Origin: Lytechinus pictus
Taxonomy: Eukaryota
Direction of reading: 5' to 3'
Length of the DNA stretch: 64,000 nucleotides
Assembly: GCF_037042905.1 (NCBI RefSeq)
Contig: NC_087251.1
Span: 36,210,001-36,274,000, forward strand
Part shown: piece by piece, positions 1 through 15,000 of the stretch
Numbering within the stretch: the first letter of the stretch is position 1
How the letters are laid out: each line of letters opens with the position of its first letter
Notes under the pieces: generated by a model
Databases searched by the model: none
What the model saw: the letters and a program-made list of their open reading frames with translations, nothing else
What the model was told of the DNA's origin: nothing
Position numbers and translations under genes: made by a program

Positions 1-3000
1 TCAGCCGTCTTCGCTCCTTGGGATGTTTTAGCATCCTAACCGATTATTACAGCGAGAATCAAGAGGATCCAGGGAGTTTGAATTTTCGACCCCCTCGCCC
101 CACCCGCGACATGGAAAATTGAGCAAAATTGGCCAAAATTGAGCAAAATAATATTTGTTCAGTATTTCCCCCAAAACCCCGCCAAATCAGCCGTCTTCGC
201 TCCCTCGAATGTTTTAGCATCCTAACCGATTATTACAGCGAGAATCAAGAGGATCCAGGGAGTTTGAATTTTTGACCAATTCGCCCCACCCGCGACATGG
301 AAAATTGGGCAAAATTGGCCAAAATTGAGCAAAATAATATTTGTTCAATATTTCCCCCAAAACCCCCCCAAATCAGCCGTCTTCGCTCCCTGGAATGTTT
401 TAGCATCCTAACCGATTATTACAGCGAGAATCAAGAGAATCAAGAGGATCCAAGGAGTTTGAATTATCGACCCCCTCGCCACATGGAAAATTGGGCAAAA
501 TTGGCCAAAATTGAGCAAAATAATATTAGTTCAATATTTCCCCCGAAACCCCCCCAAATCAGCCGTCTTCGCTCCCTGGGATGTTTTAGCATCCTAACCG
601 ATTACTACAGCGAGAATCATGAGGATCCAGGGAATTTGAATTTTCGACCCCCTCGCCCCACCCGCGACATGGAAAATTGAGCAAAATAATATTTGTCCAG
701 TATTTCCCCCGAAACCCCCCCAAATCAGCCATCTTCGCTCCCTGGAATGTTTTAGCATCCTAACCGATTATTACAGCGAGAATCAAGAGGATCCAGGGAG
801 TTTGAATTTTCGACCACATTGCCCCACCCGCGACATGGAAAATTTGGCAAAATTGGCTAAAATTGAGAAAAATAATAATTGTTCAATATTTCCCCCGAAA
901 CCCCCCTAAATCAGCCGTCTTCGCTCCCTGGGATGTTTTAGCATCCTAACCGATTATTACAGCGAGAATCAAGAGGATCCAGGGAGTTTGAATTTTCGAC
1001 CACATTGCCCCACCCGCGACATGGAAAATTGGGCAAAATTGGCTAAAATTGAGCAAAATAATAATTGTTCAATATTTCCCCCGAAACCCCCCCAAATCAG
1101 CCGTCTTCGCTCCCTGGGATGTTTTAGCATCCTAACCGATTATTACAGCGAGAATCAAGAGAATCAAGAGGATCCAGGGAGTTTGAATTTTCGACCCCCT
1201 CGCCCCACCAGCGACATGGAAGATTGGGCAAAATTGGCCAAAATTGAGCAAAATAATATTTGTTCAATATTTCCCCCGAAACCCCCCCAAATCAGCCGTC
1301 TTCGCTCCCTGGAATGTTTTAGCATCCTAACCGATTATTACAGCGAGAATCAAGAGGATCCAGGGAGTTTGAATTTTCGACCACATTGCCCCACCCGCGA
1401 CATGGAAAATTTGGCAAAATTTGCTAAAATTGAGCAAAATAATAATTGTTCAATATTTCCCCCGAAACCCCCCCAAATCAGCCGTCTTCGCTCCCTGGAA
1501 TGTTTTAGCATCCTAACCGATTATTACAGCGAGAATCAAGAGGATCCAGGGAGTTTGAATTTTCGACCACATTGCCCCACCCGTGACATGGAAAATTGGG
1601 CAAAATTGGCTAAAATTGAGCAAAATAATAATTGTTCAATATTTCCCCCGAAACCCCCCCAAATCAGCCGTCTTCACTCCCTGGGATGTTTTAGCATCCT
1701 AACCGATTATTACAGCGAGAATCAAGAGGATCCAGGGAGTTTGAATTTTCGACCACATTGCCCCACCCGCGACATGGAAAATTGGGCAAAATTGGCTAAA
1801 ATTGAGCAAAATAATAATTGTTCAATATTTCCCCCGAAACCCCCCCAAATCAGCCGTCTTCGCTCCCTGGGATGTTTTAGCATCTTAACCGATTATTACA
1901 GCGAGAATCAAGAGAATCAAGAGGATCCAGGGAGTTTGAATTTTCGACCACATTGCCCCACCCGCGACATGGAAAATTGGGCAAAATTTGCTAAAATTGA
2001 GCAAAATAATAATTGTTCAATATTTCCCCCGAAACCCCCCCAAATCAGCCGTCTTCGCTCCCTGGAATGTTTTAGCATCCTAACCGATTAATACAGCGAG
2101 AATCAAGAGGATCCAGGGAGTTTGAATTTTCGACCACATTGCCCCACCCGTGACATGGAAAATTGGGCAAAATTGGCTAAAATTGAGCAAAATAATAATT
2201 GTTCAATATTTCCCCCGAAACCCCCCCAAATCAGCCGTCTTCGCTCCCTGGGATGTTTTAGCATCCTAACCGATTATTACAGCGAGAATCAAGAGGATCC
2301 AGGGAGTTTGAATTTTCGACCACATTGCCCCACCCGCGACATGGAAAATTGGGCAAAATTGGCTAAAATTGAGCAAAATAATAATTGTTCAATATTTCCC
2401 CCGAAACCCCCCCAAATCAGCCGTCTTCGCTCCCTGGGATGTTTTAGCATCTTAACCGATTATTACAGCGAGAATCAAGAGAATCAAGAGGATCCAGGGA
2501 GTTTGAATTTTCGACCCCCTCGCCCCACCCGCGACATGGAAAATTGGGCAAAATTGGCCAAAATTGAGAGAAATAATATTTGTTCAATATTTCCCCCGAA
2601 ACCCCCCCAAATCAGCCGTCTTCGCTCCCTGGGATGTTTTAGCATCCTAACCGATTATTACAGCGAGAATCAAGAGGATCCAGGGAGTTTGAATTTTCGA
2701 CCACATTGCCCCACCCGCAACATGGAAAATTTGGCAAAATTTGCTAAAATTGAGCAAAATAATAATTGTTCAATATTTCCCCCGAAACCCCCCCAAATCA
2801 GCCGTCTTCGCTCCCTGGGATGTTTTAGCATCCTAACCGATTATTACAGCTAGAATCAAGAGGATCCAGGGAGTTTGAATTTTCGACCACATTGCCCCAC
2901 CCGTGACATGGAAAATTGGGCAAAATTGGCCAAAATTGAGCAAAATAATATTTGTTCAATATTTCCCCCGAAACCCCCCCCAAATCAGCCGTCTTCGCTC

Positions 3001-6000
3001 CCTGGAATGTTTTAGCATCCTAACCGATTATTACAGCGAGAATCAAGACGATCCAGGGAGTTTGAATTTTCGTCCCCATTGCCCCACCCGCGACATGGAA
3101 AATTGGGCAAAATTTGCCAAAATTGAGCAAAATAATAATTGTTCAATATTTCCCCCGAAACCCCCCCAAATCAGCCGTCTTCGCTCCCTGGGATGTTTTA
3201 GCTTCCTAACCGATTATTACAGCGAAAATCAAGAGAATCCAGGGAGTTTGAATTTTTGACCCCCTCGCCCCACCCGCGACATGGAAAATTGGGCAAAATT
3301 GGCCAAAATTGAGCAAAATAATATTTGTTCAATATTTCCCCCGAAACCCCCCCAAATCAGCCGTCTTCGCTCCCTGGAATGTTTTAGCATCCTAACCGAT
3401 TATTACAGCGAGAATCAAGACGATCCAGGGAGTTTGAATTTTCGTCCCCATTGCCCCACCCGCGACATGGAAAATTGGGCAAAATTTGCCAAAATTGAGC
3501 AAAATAATAATTGTTCAATATTTCCCCCGAAACCCCCCCAAATCAGCTGTCTTCGCTCCCTGGGATGCTTAAGCATCCTAAGTGATTATTACAGCGAGAA
3601 TCAAGAGAATCAAGAGGATCCAGGGAGTTTGAATTTTCGACCCCCTCGCCCCACCCGCGACATGGAAAAATTGGGCAAAATTGGCCAAAATTGAGCAAAA
3701 TAATATTTGTTCAATATTTCCCCCGAAACCCCCCCAAATCAGCCGTCTTCGCTCCCTGGAATGTTTTAGCATCCTAACCGATTATTACAGCGAGAATCAA
3801 GAGGATCCAGGGAGTTTGAATTTTCGACCACATTGCCCCACCCGCGACATGGAAAATTGGGTAAAATTGGCTAAAATTGAGCAAAATAATAATTGTTCAA
3901 TATTTCCCCCGAAACCCCCCCAAATCAGCCGTCTTCGCTCCCTGGGATGTTTTAGCATCCTAACCGATTATTACAGCGAGAATCAAGAGGATCCAGGGAG
4001 TTTGAATTTTCGACCACATTGCCCCACCCGCGACATGGAAAATTGGGCAAAATTGGCTAAAATTGAGCAAAATAATAATTGTTCAATATTTCCCCCGAAA
4101 CCCCCCCAAATCAGCCGTCTTCGCTCCCTGGAATGCTTAAGCATCCTAAGTGATTATTACAGCGAGAATCAAGAGAATCAAGAGGATCCAGGGAGTTTGA
4201 ATTTTCGACCCCCTCGCCCCACCCGCGACATGGAAAAATTGGGCAAAATTGGCCAAAATTGAGCAAAATAATATTTGTTCAATATTTCCCCCGAAACCCC
4301 CCCAAATCAGCCGTCTTCGCTCCCTGGAATGTTTTAGCATCCTAACCGATTATTACAGCGAGAATCAAGAGGATCCAGGGAGTTTGAATTTTCGACCACA
4401 TTGCCCCACCCGCGACATGGAAAATTGGGTAAAATTGGCTAAAATTGAGCAAAATAATAATTGTTCAATATTTCCCCCGAAACCCCCCCAAATCAGCCGT
4501 CTTCGCTCCCTGGGATGTTTTAGTATCCTAACCGATTATTACAGCGAGAATCAAGAGGATCCAGGGAGTTTGAATTTTCGACCACATTGCCCCACCCGCG
4601 ACATGGAAAATTGGGCAAAATTGGCTAAAATTGAGCAAAATAATAATTGTTCAATATTTCCCCCGAAACCCCCCCAAATCAGCAGTCTTCGCTCCCTGGG
4701 ATGCTTAAGCATCCTAACCGATTATTACAGCGAGAATCAAGAGAATCAAGAGGATCCAGGGAGTTTGAATTTTCGACCCCCTCGCCCCACCAGCGACATG
4801 GAAAATTGGGCAAAATTGGCCAAAATTGAGCAAAATAATATTTGTTCAATATTTCCCCCGAAACCCCCCCAAATCAGCCGTCTTCGCTCCCTGGAATGTT
4901 TTAGCATCTTAACCGATTATTACAGCGAGAATCAAGAGAATCAAGAGGATCCAGGGAGTTTGAATTTTCGACCCCCTCGCCCCACCCGCGACATGGAAAA
5001 TTGGGCAAAATTGGCCAAAATTGAGCAAAATGATATTTGTTCAATATTTCCCCCGAAACCCCCCCAAATCAGCCGTCTCCGCTCCCTGGAATGTTTTAGC
5101 ATCCTAACCGATTATTACAGCGAGAATCAAGAGGATCCAGGGAGTTTGAATTTTCGACCACATTGCCCCACCCGCGACATGGAAAATTTGGCAAAATTTG
5201 CTAAAATTGAGCAAAATAATAATTGTTCAATATTTCCCCCGAAACCCCCCCAAATCAGCCGTCTTCGCTCCCTGGGATGTTTTAGCATCCTAACCGATTA
5301 TTACAGCGAGAATCAAGAGGATCCAGGGAGTTTGAATTTTCGACCACATTGCCCCACCCGTGACATGGAAAATTGGGCAAAATTGGCCAAAATTGAGCAA
5401 AATAATATTTGTTCAATATTTCCCCCGAAACCCCCCCAAATCAGCCGTCTTCGCTCCCTGGAATGTTTTAGCATCCTAACCGATTATTACAGCGAGAATC
5501 AAGACGATCCAGGGAGTTTGAATTTTCGTCCCCATTGCCCCACCCGCGACATGGAAAATTGGGCAAAATTTGCCAAAATTGAGCAAAATAATATTTGTTC
5601 AATATTTCCCCCGAAACCCCCCCAAATCAGCCGTCTTCGCTCCCTGGAATGTTTTAGCATCCTAACCGATTATTACAGCGAGAATCAAGACGATCCAGGG
5701 AGTTTGAATTTTCGTCCCCCTCGCCCCACCCGCGACATGAAAAATTGGGCAAAATTGGCCAAAATTGAGCAAAATAATATTTGTTCAATATTTCCCCCGA
5801 AACCCCCCCAAATCAGCCGTCTTTGCTCCCTGGAATGTTTTAGCATCTTAACCGATTATTACAGCGAGAATCAAGAGAATCAAGAGGATCCAGGGAGTTT
5901 GAATTTTCGACCCCCTCGCCCCACCCGCGACATGGAAAATTGGGCAAAATTGGCCAAAATTGAGCAAAATGATATTTGTTCAATATTTCCCCCGAAACCC

Positions 6001-9000
6001 CCCCAAATCAGCCGTCTCCGCTCCCTGGAATGTTTTAGCATCCTAACCGATTATTACAGCGAGAATCAAGAGGATCCAGGGAGTTTGAATTTTCGACCAC
6101 ATTGCCCCACCCGCGACATGGAAAATTTGGCAAAATTTGCTAAAATTGAGCAAAATAATAATTGTTCAATATTTCCCCCGAAACCCCCCCAAATCAGCCG
6201 TCTTCGCTCCCTGGGATGTTTTAGCATCCTAACCGATTATTACAGCGAGAATCAAGAGGATCCAGGGAGTTTGAATTTTCGACCACATTGCCCCACCCGC
6301 GACATGGAAAATTGGGCAAAATTTGCTAAAATTGAGCAAAATAATAATTGTTCAATATTTCCCCCGAAACCCCCCCAAATCAGCCGTCTTCGCTCCCTGG
6401 GATGTTTTAGCATCCTAACCGATTATTACAGCGAGAATCAAGAGGATCCAGGGAGTTTGAATTTTCGACCACATTGCCCCACCCGCGACATGGAAAATTG
6501 GGCAAAATTGGCTAAAATTGAGCAAAATAATAATTGTTCAATATTTCCCCCGAAACCCCCCCAAATCAGCCCTCTTCGATCCCTGGGATGCTTAAGCATC
6601 CTACCCGATTATTACAGCGAGAATCAAGAGGATCCAGGGAGTTTGAATTTTCGACCCCCTCGCCCCAACCGCGACATGGAAAATTGGGCAAAATTGGCCA
6701 AAATTGAGCAAAATAATATTTGTTCAATATTTCCCCCGAAACCCCCCCAAATCAGCCGTCTTCGCTCCCTGGGATGTTTTAGCATCCTAACCGATTATTA
6801 CAGCGAGAATCAAGAGGATCCAGGGAGTTTGAATTTTCGACCACATTGCCCCACCCGCGACATGGAAAATTTGGCAAAATTTGCTAAAATTGAGCAAAAT
6901 AATAATTGTTCAATATTTCCCCCGAAACCCCCCCAAATCAGCCGTCTTCGCTCCCTGGGATGTTTTAGCATCCTAACCGATTATTACAGCGAGAATCAAG
7001 AGGATCCAGGGAGTTTGAATTTTCGACCACATTGCCCCACCCGTGACATGGAAAATTGGGCAAAATTGGCCAAAATTGAGCAAAATAATATTTGTTCAAT
7101 ATTTCCCCCGAAACCCCCCCAAATCAGCCGTCTTCGCTCCCTGGAATGTTTTAGCATCCTAACCGATTATTACAGCGAGAATCAAGACGATCCAGGGAGT
7201 TTGAATTTTCGTCCCCATTGCCCCAATGCGACATGGAAAATTGGGCAAAATTTGCCAAAATTGAGCAAAATAATAATTGTTCAATATTTCCCCCGAAACC
7301 CCCCCAAATCAGCCGTCTTCGCTCCCTGGGATGTTTTAGCTTCCTAACTGATTATTACAGCGAAAATCAAGAGAATCCAGGGAGTTTGAATTTTTGACCC
7401 CCTCGCCCCACCCGCGACATGGAAAATTGGGCAAAATTGGCCAAAATTGAGCAAAATAATATTTGTTCAATATTTCCCCCGAAACCCCCCCAAATCAGCC
7501 GTCTTCGCTCCCTGGAATGTTTTAGCATCTTAACCGATTATTACAGCGAGAATCAAGAGAATCAAGAGGATCCAGGGAGTTTGAATTTTCGACCCCCTCG
7601 CCCCACCCGCGACATGGAAAATTGGGCAAAATTGGCCAAAATTGAGCAAAATGATATTTGTTCAATATTTCCCCCGAAACCCCCCCAAATCAGCCGTCTC
7701 CGCTCCCTGGAATGTTTTAGCATCCTAACCGATTATTACAGCGAGAATCAAGAGGATCCAGGGAGTTTGAATTTTCGACCACATTGCCCCACCCGCGACA
7801 TGGAAAATTTGGCAAAATTTGCTAAAATTGAGCAAAATAATAATTGTTCAATATTTCCCCCGAAACCCCCCCAAAATCAGCCGTCTTCGCTCCCTGGGAT
7901 GTTTTAGCATCCTAACCGATTATTACAGCGAGAATCAAGAGGATCCAGGGAGTTTGAATTTTCGACCACATTGCCCCACCCGCGACATGGAAAATTGGGC
8001 AAAATTGGCTAAAATTGAGCAAAATAATAATTGTTCAATATTTCCCCCGAAACCCCCCCAAATCAGCCGTCTTCGTTCCCTGGGATGTTTTAGCATCCTA
8101 ACCGATTATTACAGCGAGAATCAAGAGGATCCAGGGAGTTTGAATTTTCGACCACATTGCCCCACCCGCGACATGGAAAATTGGGCAAAATTGGCTAAAA
8201 TTGAGCAAAATAATAATTGTTCAATATTTCCCCCGAAACCCCCCCAAATCAGCCCTCTTCGCTCCCTGGGATGCTTAAGCATCCTACCCGATTATTACAG
8301 CGAGAATCAAGAGGATCCAGGGAGTTTGAATTTTCGACCCCCTCGCCCCAACCGCGACATGGAAAATTGGGCAAAATTGGCCAAAATTGAGCAAAATAAT
8401 ATTTGTTCAATATTTCCCCCGAAACCCCCCCAAATCAGCCGTCTTCGCTCCCTGGAATGTTTTAGCATCCTAACCGATTATTACAGCGAGAATCAAGAGG
8501 ATCCAGGGAGTTTGAATTTTCGACCACATTGCCCCACCCGCGACATGGAAAATTTGGCAAAATTGGCTAAAATTGAGCAAAATAATAATTGTTCAATATT
8601 TCCCCCGAAACCCCCCTAAATCAGCCGTCTTCGCTCCCTGGGATGTTTTAGCATCCTAACCGATTATTACAGCGAGAATCAAGAGGATCCAGGGAGTTTG
8701 AATTTTCGACCACATTGCCCCACCCGCGACATGGAAAATTGGGCAAAATTGGCTAAAATTGAGCAAAATAATAATTGTTCAATATTTCCCCCGAAACATC
8801 CCCAAATCAGCCGTCTTCGCTCCCTGGGATGTTTTAGCATCCTAACCGATTATTACAGCGAGAATCAAGAGAATCAAGAGAATCAAGAGGATCCAGGGAG
8901 TTTGAATTTTCGACCCCCTCGCCCCACCCGCGACATGGAAGATTGGGCAAAATTGGCCAAAATTGAGCAAAATAATATTTGTTCAATATTTCCCCCGAAA

Positions 9001-12000
9001 CCCCCCCAAATCAGCCGTCTTCGCTCCCTGGGATGTTTTAGCATCCTAACTGATTATTACAGCGAGAATCAAGAGGATCCAGGGAGTTTGAATTTTCGAC
9101 CACATTGCCCCACCCGCGACATGGAAAATTGGGCAAAATTGGCTAAAATTGAGCAAAATAATAATTGTTCAATATTTCCCCCGAAACCCCCCCAAATCAG
9201 CCGTCTTCGCTCCCTGGGATGCTTAAGCATCCTTACCGATTATTACAGCGAGAATCAAGAGAATCAAGAGGATCCAGGGAGTTTGAATTTTCGACCCCCT
9301 CGCCCCACCCGCGACATGGAAAATTGGGCAAAATTGGCCAAAATTGAGCAAAATAATATTTGTTCAATATTTCCCCCGAAACCCCCCCAAATCAGCCGTC
9401 TTCGCTCCCTGGGATGTTTTAGCATCCTAACCGATTATTACAGCGAAAATCAAGAGAATCCAGGGAGTTTGAATTTTTGACCCCCTCGCCCCATCCGCGA
9501 CATGGAAAATTGGGCAAAATTGGCCAAAATTGAGCAAAATAATATTTGTTCAATATTTCCCCCGAAACCCCCCCAAATCAGCCGTCTTCGCTCCCTGGGA
9601 TGTTTAAGCATCCTAACAGATTATTACAGCGAGAATCAAGAGGATCCAGGGAGTTTGAATTTTCGACCACATTGCCCCACCCGCGACATGGAAAATTGGG
9701 CAAAATTGGCTAAAATTGAGCAAAATAATAATTGTTCAATATTTCCCCCGAAACCCCCCCCAAATCAGCCGTCTTCGCTCCCTGGAATGTTTTAGCATCC
9801 TAACCGATTATTACAGCGAGAATCAAGACGATCCAGGGAGTTTGAATTTTCGTCCCCATTGCCCCACCCGCGACATGGAAAATTGGGCAAAATTTGCCAA
9901 AATTGAGCAAAATAATAATTGTTCAATATTTCCCCCGAAACCCCCCCAAATCAGCCGTCTTCGCTCCCTGGGATGTTTTAGCTTCCTAACCGATTATTAC
10001 AGCGAAAATCAAGAGAATCCAGGGAGTTTGAATTTTTGACCCCCTCGCCCCACCCGCGACATGGAAAATTGGGCAAAATTGGCCAAAATTGAGCAAAATA
10101 ATATTTGTTCAATATTTCCCCCGAAACCCCCCCAAATCAGCCGTCTTCGCTCCCTGGAATGTTTTAGCATCCTAACCGATTATTACAGCGAGAATCAAGA
10201 CGATCCAGGGAGTTTGAATTTTCGTCCCCATTGCCCCACCCGCGACATGGAAAATTGGGCAAAATTTGCCAAAATTGAGCAAAATAATAATTGTTCAATA
10301 TTTCCCCCGAAACCCCCCCAAATCAGCTGTCTTCGCTCCCTGGGATGCTTAAGCATCCTAAGTGATTATTACAGCGAGAATCAAGAGAATCAAGAGGATC
10401 CAGGGAGTTTGAATTTTCGACCCCCTCGCCCCACCCGCGACATGGAAAAATTGGGCAAAATTGGCCAAAATTGAGCAAAATAATATTTGTTCAATATTTC
10501 CCCCGAAACCCCCCCAAATCAGCCGTCTTCGCTCCCTGGAATGTTTTAGCATCCTAACCGATTATTACAGCGAGAATCAAGAGGATCCAGGGAGTTTGAA
10601 TTTTCGACCACATTGCCCCACCCGCGACATGGAAAATTGGGTAAAATTGGCTAAAATTGAGCAAAATAATAATTGTTCAATATTTCCCCCGAAACCCCCC
10701 CAAATCAGCCGTCTTCGCTCCCTGGGATGTTTTAGCATCCTAACCGATTATTACAGCGAGAATCAAGAGGATCCAGGGAGTTTGAATTTTCGACCACATT
10801 GCCCCACCCGCGACATGGAAAATTGGGCAAAATTGGCTAAAATTGAGCAAAATAATAATTGTTCAATATTTCCCCCGAAACCCCCCCAAATCAGCCGTCT
10901 TCGCTCCCTGGAATGCTTAAGCATCCTAAGTGATTATTACAGCGAGAATCAAGAGAATCAAGAGGATCCAGGGAGTTTGAATTTTCGACCCCCTCGCCCC
11001 ACCCGCGACATGGAAAAATTGGGCAAAATTGGCCAAAATTGAGCAAAATAATATTTGTTCAATATTTCCCCCGAAACCCCCCCAAATCAGCCGTCTTCGC
11101 TCCCTGGAATGTTTTAGCATCCTAACCGATTATTACAGCGAGAATCAAGAGGATCCAGGGAGTTTGAATTTTCGACCACATTGCCCCACCCGCGACATGG
11201 AAAATTGGGTAAAATTGGCTAAAATTGAGCAAAATAATAATTGTTCAATATTTCCCCCGAAACCCCCCCAAATCAGCCGTCTTCGCTCCCTGGGATGTTT
11301 TAGTATCCTAACCGATTATTACAGCGAGAATCAAGAGGATCCAGGGAGTTTGAATTTTCGACCACATTGCCCCACCCGCGACATGGAAAATTGGGCAAAA
11401 TTGGCTAAAATTGAGCAAAATAATAATTGTTCAATATTTCCCCCGAAACCCCCCCAAATCAGCAGTCTTCGCTCCCTGGGATGCTTAAGCATCCTAACCG
11501 ATTATTACAGCGAGAATCAAGAGAATCAAGAGGATCCAGGGAGTTTGAATTTTCGACCCCCTCGCCCCACCAGCGACATGGAAAATTGGGCAAAATTGGC
11601 CAAAATTGAGCAAAATAATATTTGTTCAATATTTCCCCCGAAACCCCCCCAAATCAGCCGTCTTCGCTCCCTGGAATGTTTTAGCATCTTAACCGATTAT
11701 TACAGCGAGAATCAAGAGAATCAAGAGGATCCAGGGAGTTTGAATTTTCGACCCCCTCGCCCCACCCGCGACATGGAAAATTGGGCAAAATTGGCCAAAA
11801 TTGAGCAAAATGATATTTGTTCAATATTTCCCCCGAAACCCCCCCAAATCAGCCGTCTCCGCTCCCTGGAATGTTTTAGCATCCTAACCGATTATTACAG
11901 CGAGAATCAAGAGGATCCAGGGAGTTTGAATTTTCGACCACATTGCCCCACCCGCGACATGGAAAATTTGGCAAAATTTGCTAAAATTGAGCAAAATAAT

Positions 12001-15000
12001 AATTGTTCAATATTTCCCCCGAAACCCCCCCAAATCAGCCGTCTTCGCTCCCTGGGATGTTTTAGCATCCTAACCGATTATTACAGCGAGAATCAAGAGG
12101 ATCCAGGGAGTTTGAATTTTCGACCACATTGCCCCACCCGTGACATGGAAAATTGGGCAAAATTGGCCAAAATTGAGCAAAATAATATTTGTTCAATATT
12201 TCCCCCGAAACCCCCCCAAATCAGCCGTCTTCGCTCCCTGGAATGTTTTAGCATCCTAACCGATTATTACAGCGAGAATCAAGACGATCCAGGGAGTTTG
12301 AATTTTCGTCCCCATTGCCCCACCCGCGACATGGAAAATTGGGCAAAATTTGCCAAAATTGAGCAAAATAATAATTGTTCAATATTTCCCCCGAAACCCC
12401 CCCAAATCAGCCGTCTTCGCTCCCTGGGATGTTTTAGCTTCCTAACCGATTATTACAGCGAAAATCAAGAGAATCCAGGGAGTTTGAATTTTTGACCCCC
12501 TCGCCCCACCCGCGACATGAAAAATTGGGCAAAATTGGCCAAAATTGAGCAAAATAATATTTGTTCAATATTTCCCCCGAAACCCCCCCAAATCAGCCGT
12601 CTTTGCTCCCTGGAATGTTTTAGCATCTTAACCGATTATTACAGCGAGAATCAAGAGAATCAAGAGGATCCAGGGAGTTTGAATTTTCGACCCCCTCGCC
12701 CCACCCGCGACATGGAAAATTGGGCAAAATTGGCCAAAATTGAGCAAAATGATATTTGTTCAATATTTCCCCCGAAACCCCCCCAAATCAGCCGTCTCCG
12801 CTCCCTGGAATGTTTTAGCATCCTAACCGATTATTACAGCGAGAATCAAGAGGATCCAGGGAGTTTGAATTTTCGACCACATTGCCCCACCCGCGACATG
12901 GAAAATTTGGCAAAATTTGCTAAAATTGAGCAAAATAATAATTGTTCAATATTTCCCCCGAAACCCCCCCAAATCAGCCGTCTTCGCTCCCTGGGATGTT
13001 TTAGCATCCTAACCGATTATTACAGCGAGAATCAAGAGGATCCAGGGAGTTTGAATTTTCGACCACATTGCCCCACCCGCGACATGGAAAATTGGGCAAA
13101 ATTGGCTAAAATTGAGCAAAATAATAATTGTTCAATATTTCCCCCGAAACCCCCCCAAATCAGCCGTCTTCGCTCCCTGGGATGTTTTAGCATCCTAACC
13201 GATTATTACAGCGAGAATCAAGAGGATCCAGGGAGTTTGAATTTTCGACCACATTGCCCCACCCGCGACATGGAAAATTGGGCAAAATTGGCTAAAATTG
13301 AGCAAAATAATAATTGTTCAATATTTCCCCCGAAACCCCCCCAAATCAGCCCTCTTCGCTCCCTGGGATGCTTAAGCATCCTACCCGATTATTACAGCGA
13401 GAATCAAGAGGATCCAGGGAGTTTGAATTTTCGACCCCCTCGCCCCAACCGCGACATGGAAAATTGGGCAAAATTGGCCAAAATTGAGCAAAATAATATT
13501 TGTTCAATATTTCCCCCGAAACCCCCCCAAATCAGCCGTCTTCGCTCCCTGGGATGTTTTAGCATCCTAACCGATTATTACAGCGAGAATCAAGAGGATC
13601 CAGGGAGTTTGAATTTTCGACCACATTGCCCCACCCGCGACATGGAAAATTTGGCAAAATTTGCTAAAATTGAGCAAAATAATAATTGTTCAATATTTCC
13701 CCCGAAACCCCCCCAAATCAGCCGTCTTCGCTCCCTGGGATGTTTTAGCATCCTAACCGATTATTACAGCGAGAATCAAGAGGATCCAGGGAGTTTGAAT
13801 TTTCGACCACATTGCCCCACCCGTGACATGGAAAATTGGGCAAAATTGGCCAAAATTGAGCAAAATAATATTTGTTCAATATTTCCCCCGAAACCCCCCC
13901 AAATCAGCCGTCTTCGCTCCCTGGAATGTTTTAGCATCCTAACCGATTATTACAGCGAGAATCAAGACGATCCAGGGAGTTTGAATTTTCGTCCCCATTG
14001 CCCCAATGCGACATGGAAAATTGGGCAAAATTTGCCAAAATTGAGCAAAATAATAATTGTTCAATATTTCCCCCGAAACCCCCCCAAATCAGCCGTCTTC
14101 GCTCCCTGGGATGTTTTAGCTTCCTAACCGATTATTACAGCGAAAATCAAGAGAATCCAGGGAGTTTGAATTTTTGACCCCCTCGCCCCACCCGCGACAT
14201 GGAAAATTGGGCAAAATTGGCCAAAATTGAGCAAAATAATATTTGTTCAATATTTCCCCCGAAACCCCCCCAAATCAGCCGTCTTCGCTCCCTGGAATGT
14301 TTTAGCATCTTAACCGATTATTACAGCGAGAATCAAGAGAATCAAGAGGATCCAGGGAGTTTGAATTTTCGACCCCCTCGCCCCACCCGCGACATGGAAA
14401 ATTGGGCAAAATTGGCCAAAATTGAGCAAAATGATATTTGTTCAATATTTCCCCCGAAACCCCCCCAAATCAGCCGTCTCCGCTCCCTGGAATGTTTTAG
14501 CATCCTAACCGATTATTACAGCGAGAATCAAGAGGATCCAGGGAGTTTGAATTTTCGACCACATTGCCCCACCCGCGACATGGAAAATTTGGCAAAATTT
14601 GCTAAAATTGAGCAAAATAATAATTGTTCAATATTTCCCCCGAAACCCCCCCAAAATCAGCCGTCTTCGCTCCCTGGGATGTTTTAGCATCCTAACCGAT
14701 TATTACAGCGAGAATCAAGAGGATCCAGGGAGTTTGAATTTTCGACCACATTGCCCCACCCGCGACATGGAAAATTGGGCAAAATTGGCTAAAATTGAGC
14801 AAAATAATAATTGTTCAATATTTCCCCCGAAACCCCCCCAAATCAGCCGTCTTCGTTCCCTGGGATGTTTTAGCATCCTAACCGATTATTACAGCGAGAA
14901 TCAAGAGGATCCAGGGAGTTTGAATTTTCGACCACATTGCCCCACCCGCGACATGGAAAATTTGGCAAAATTGGCTAAAATTGAGCAAAATAATAATTGT

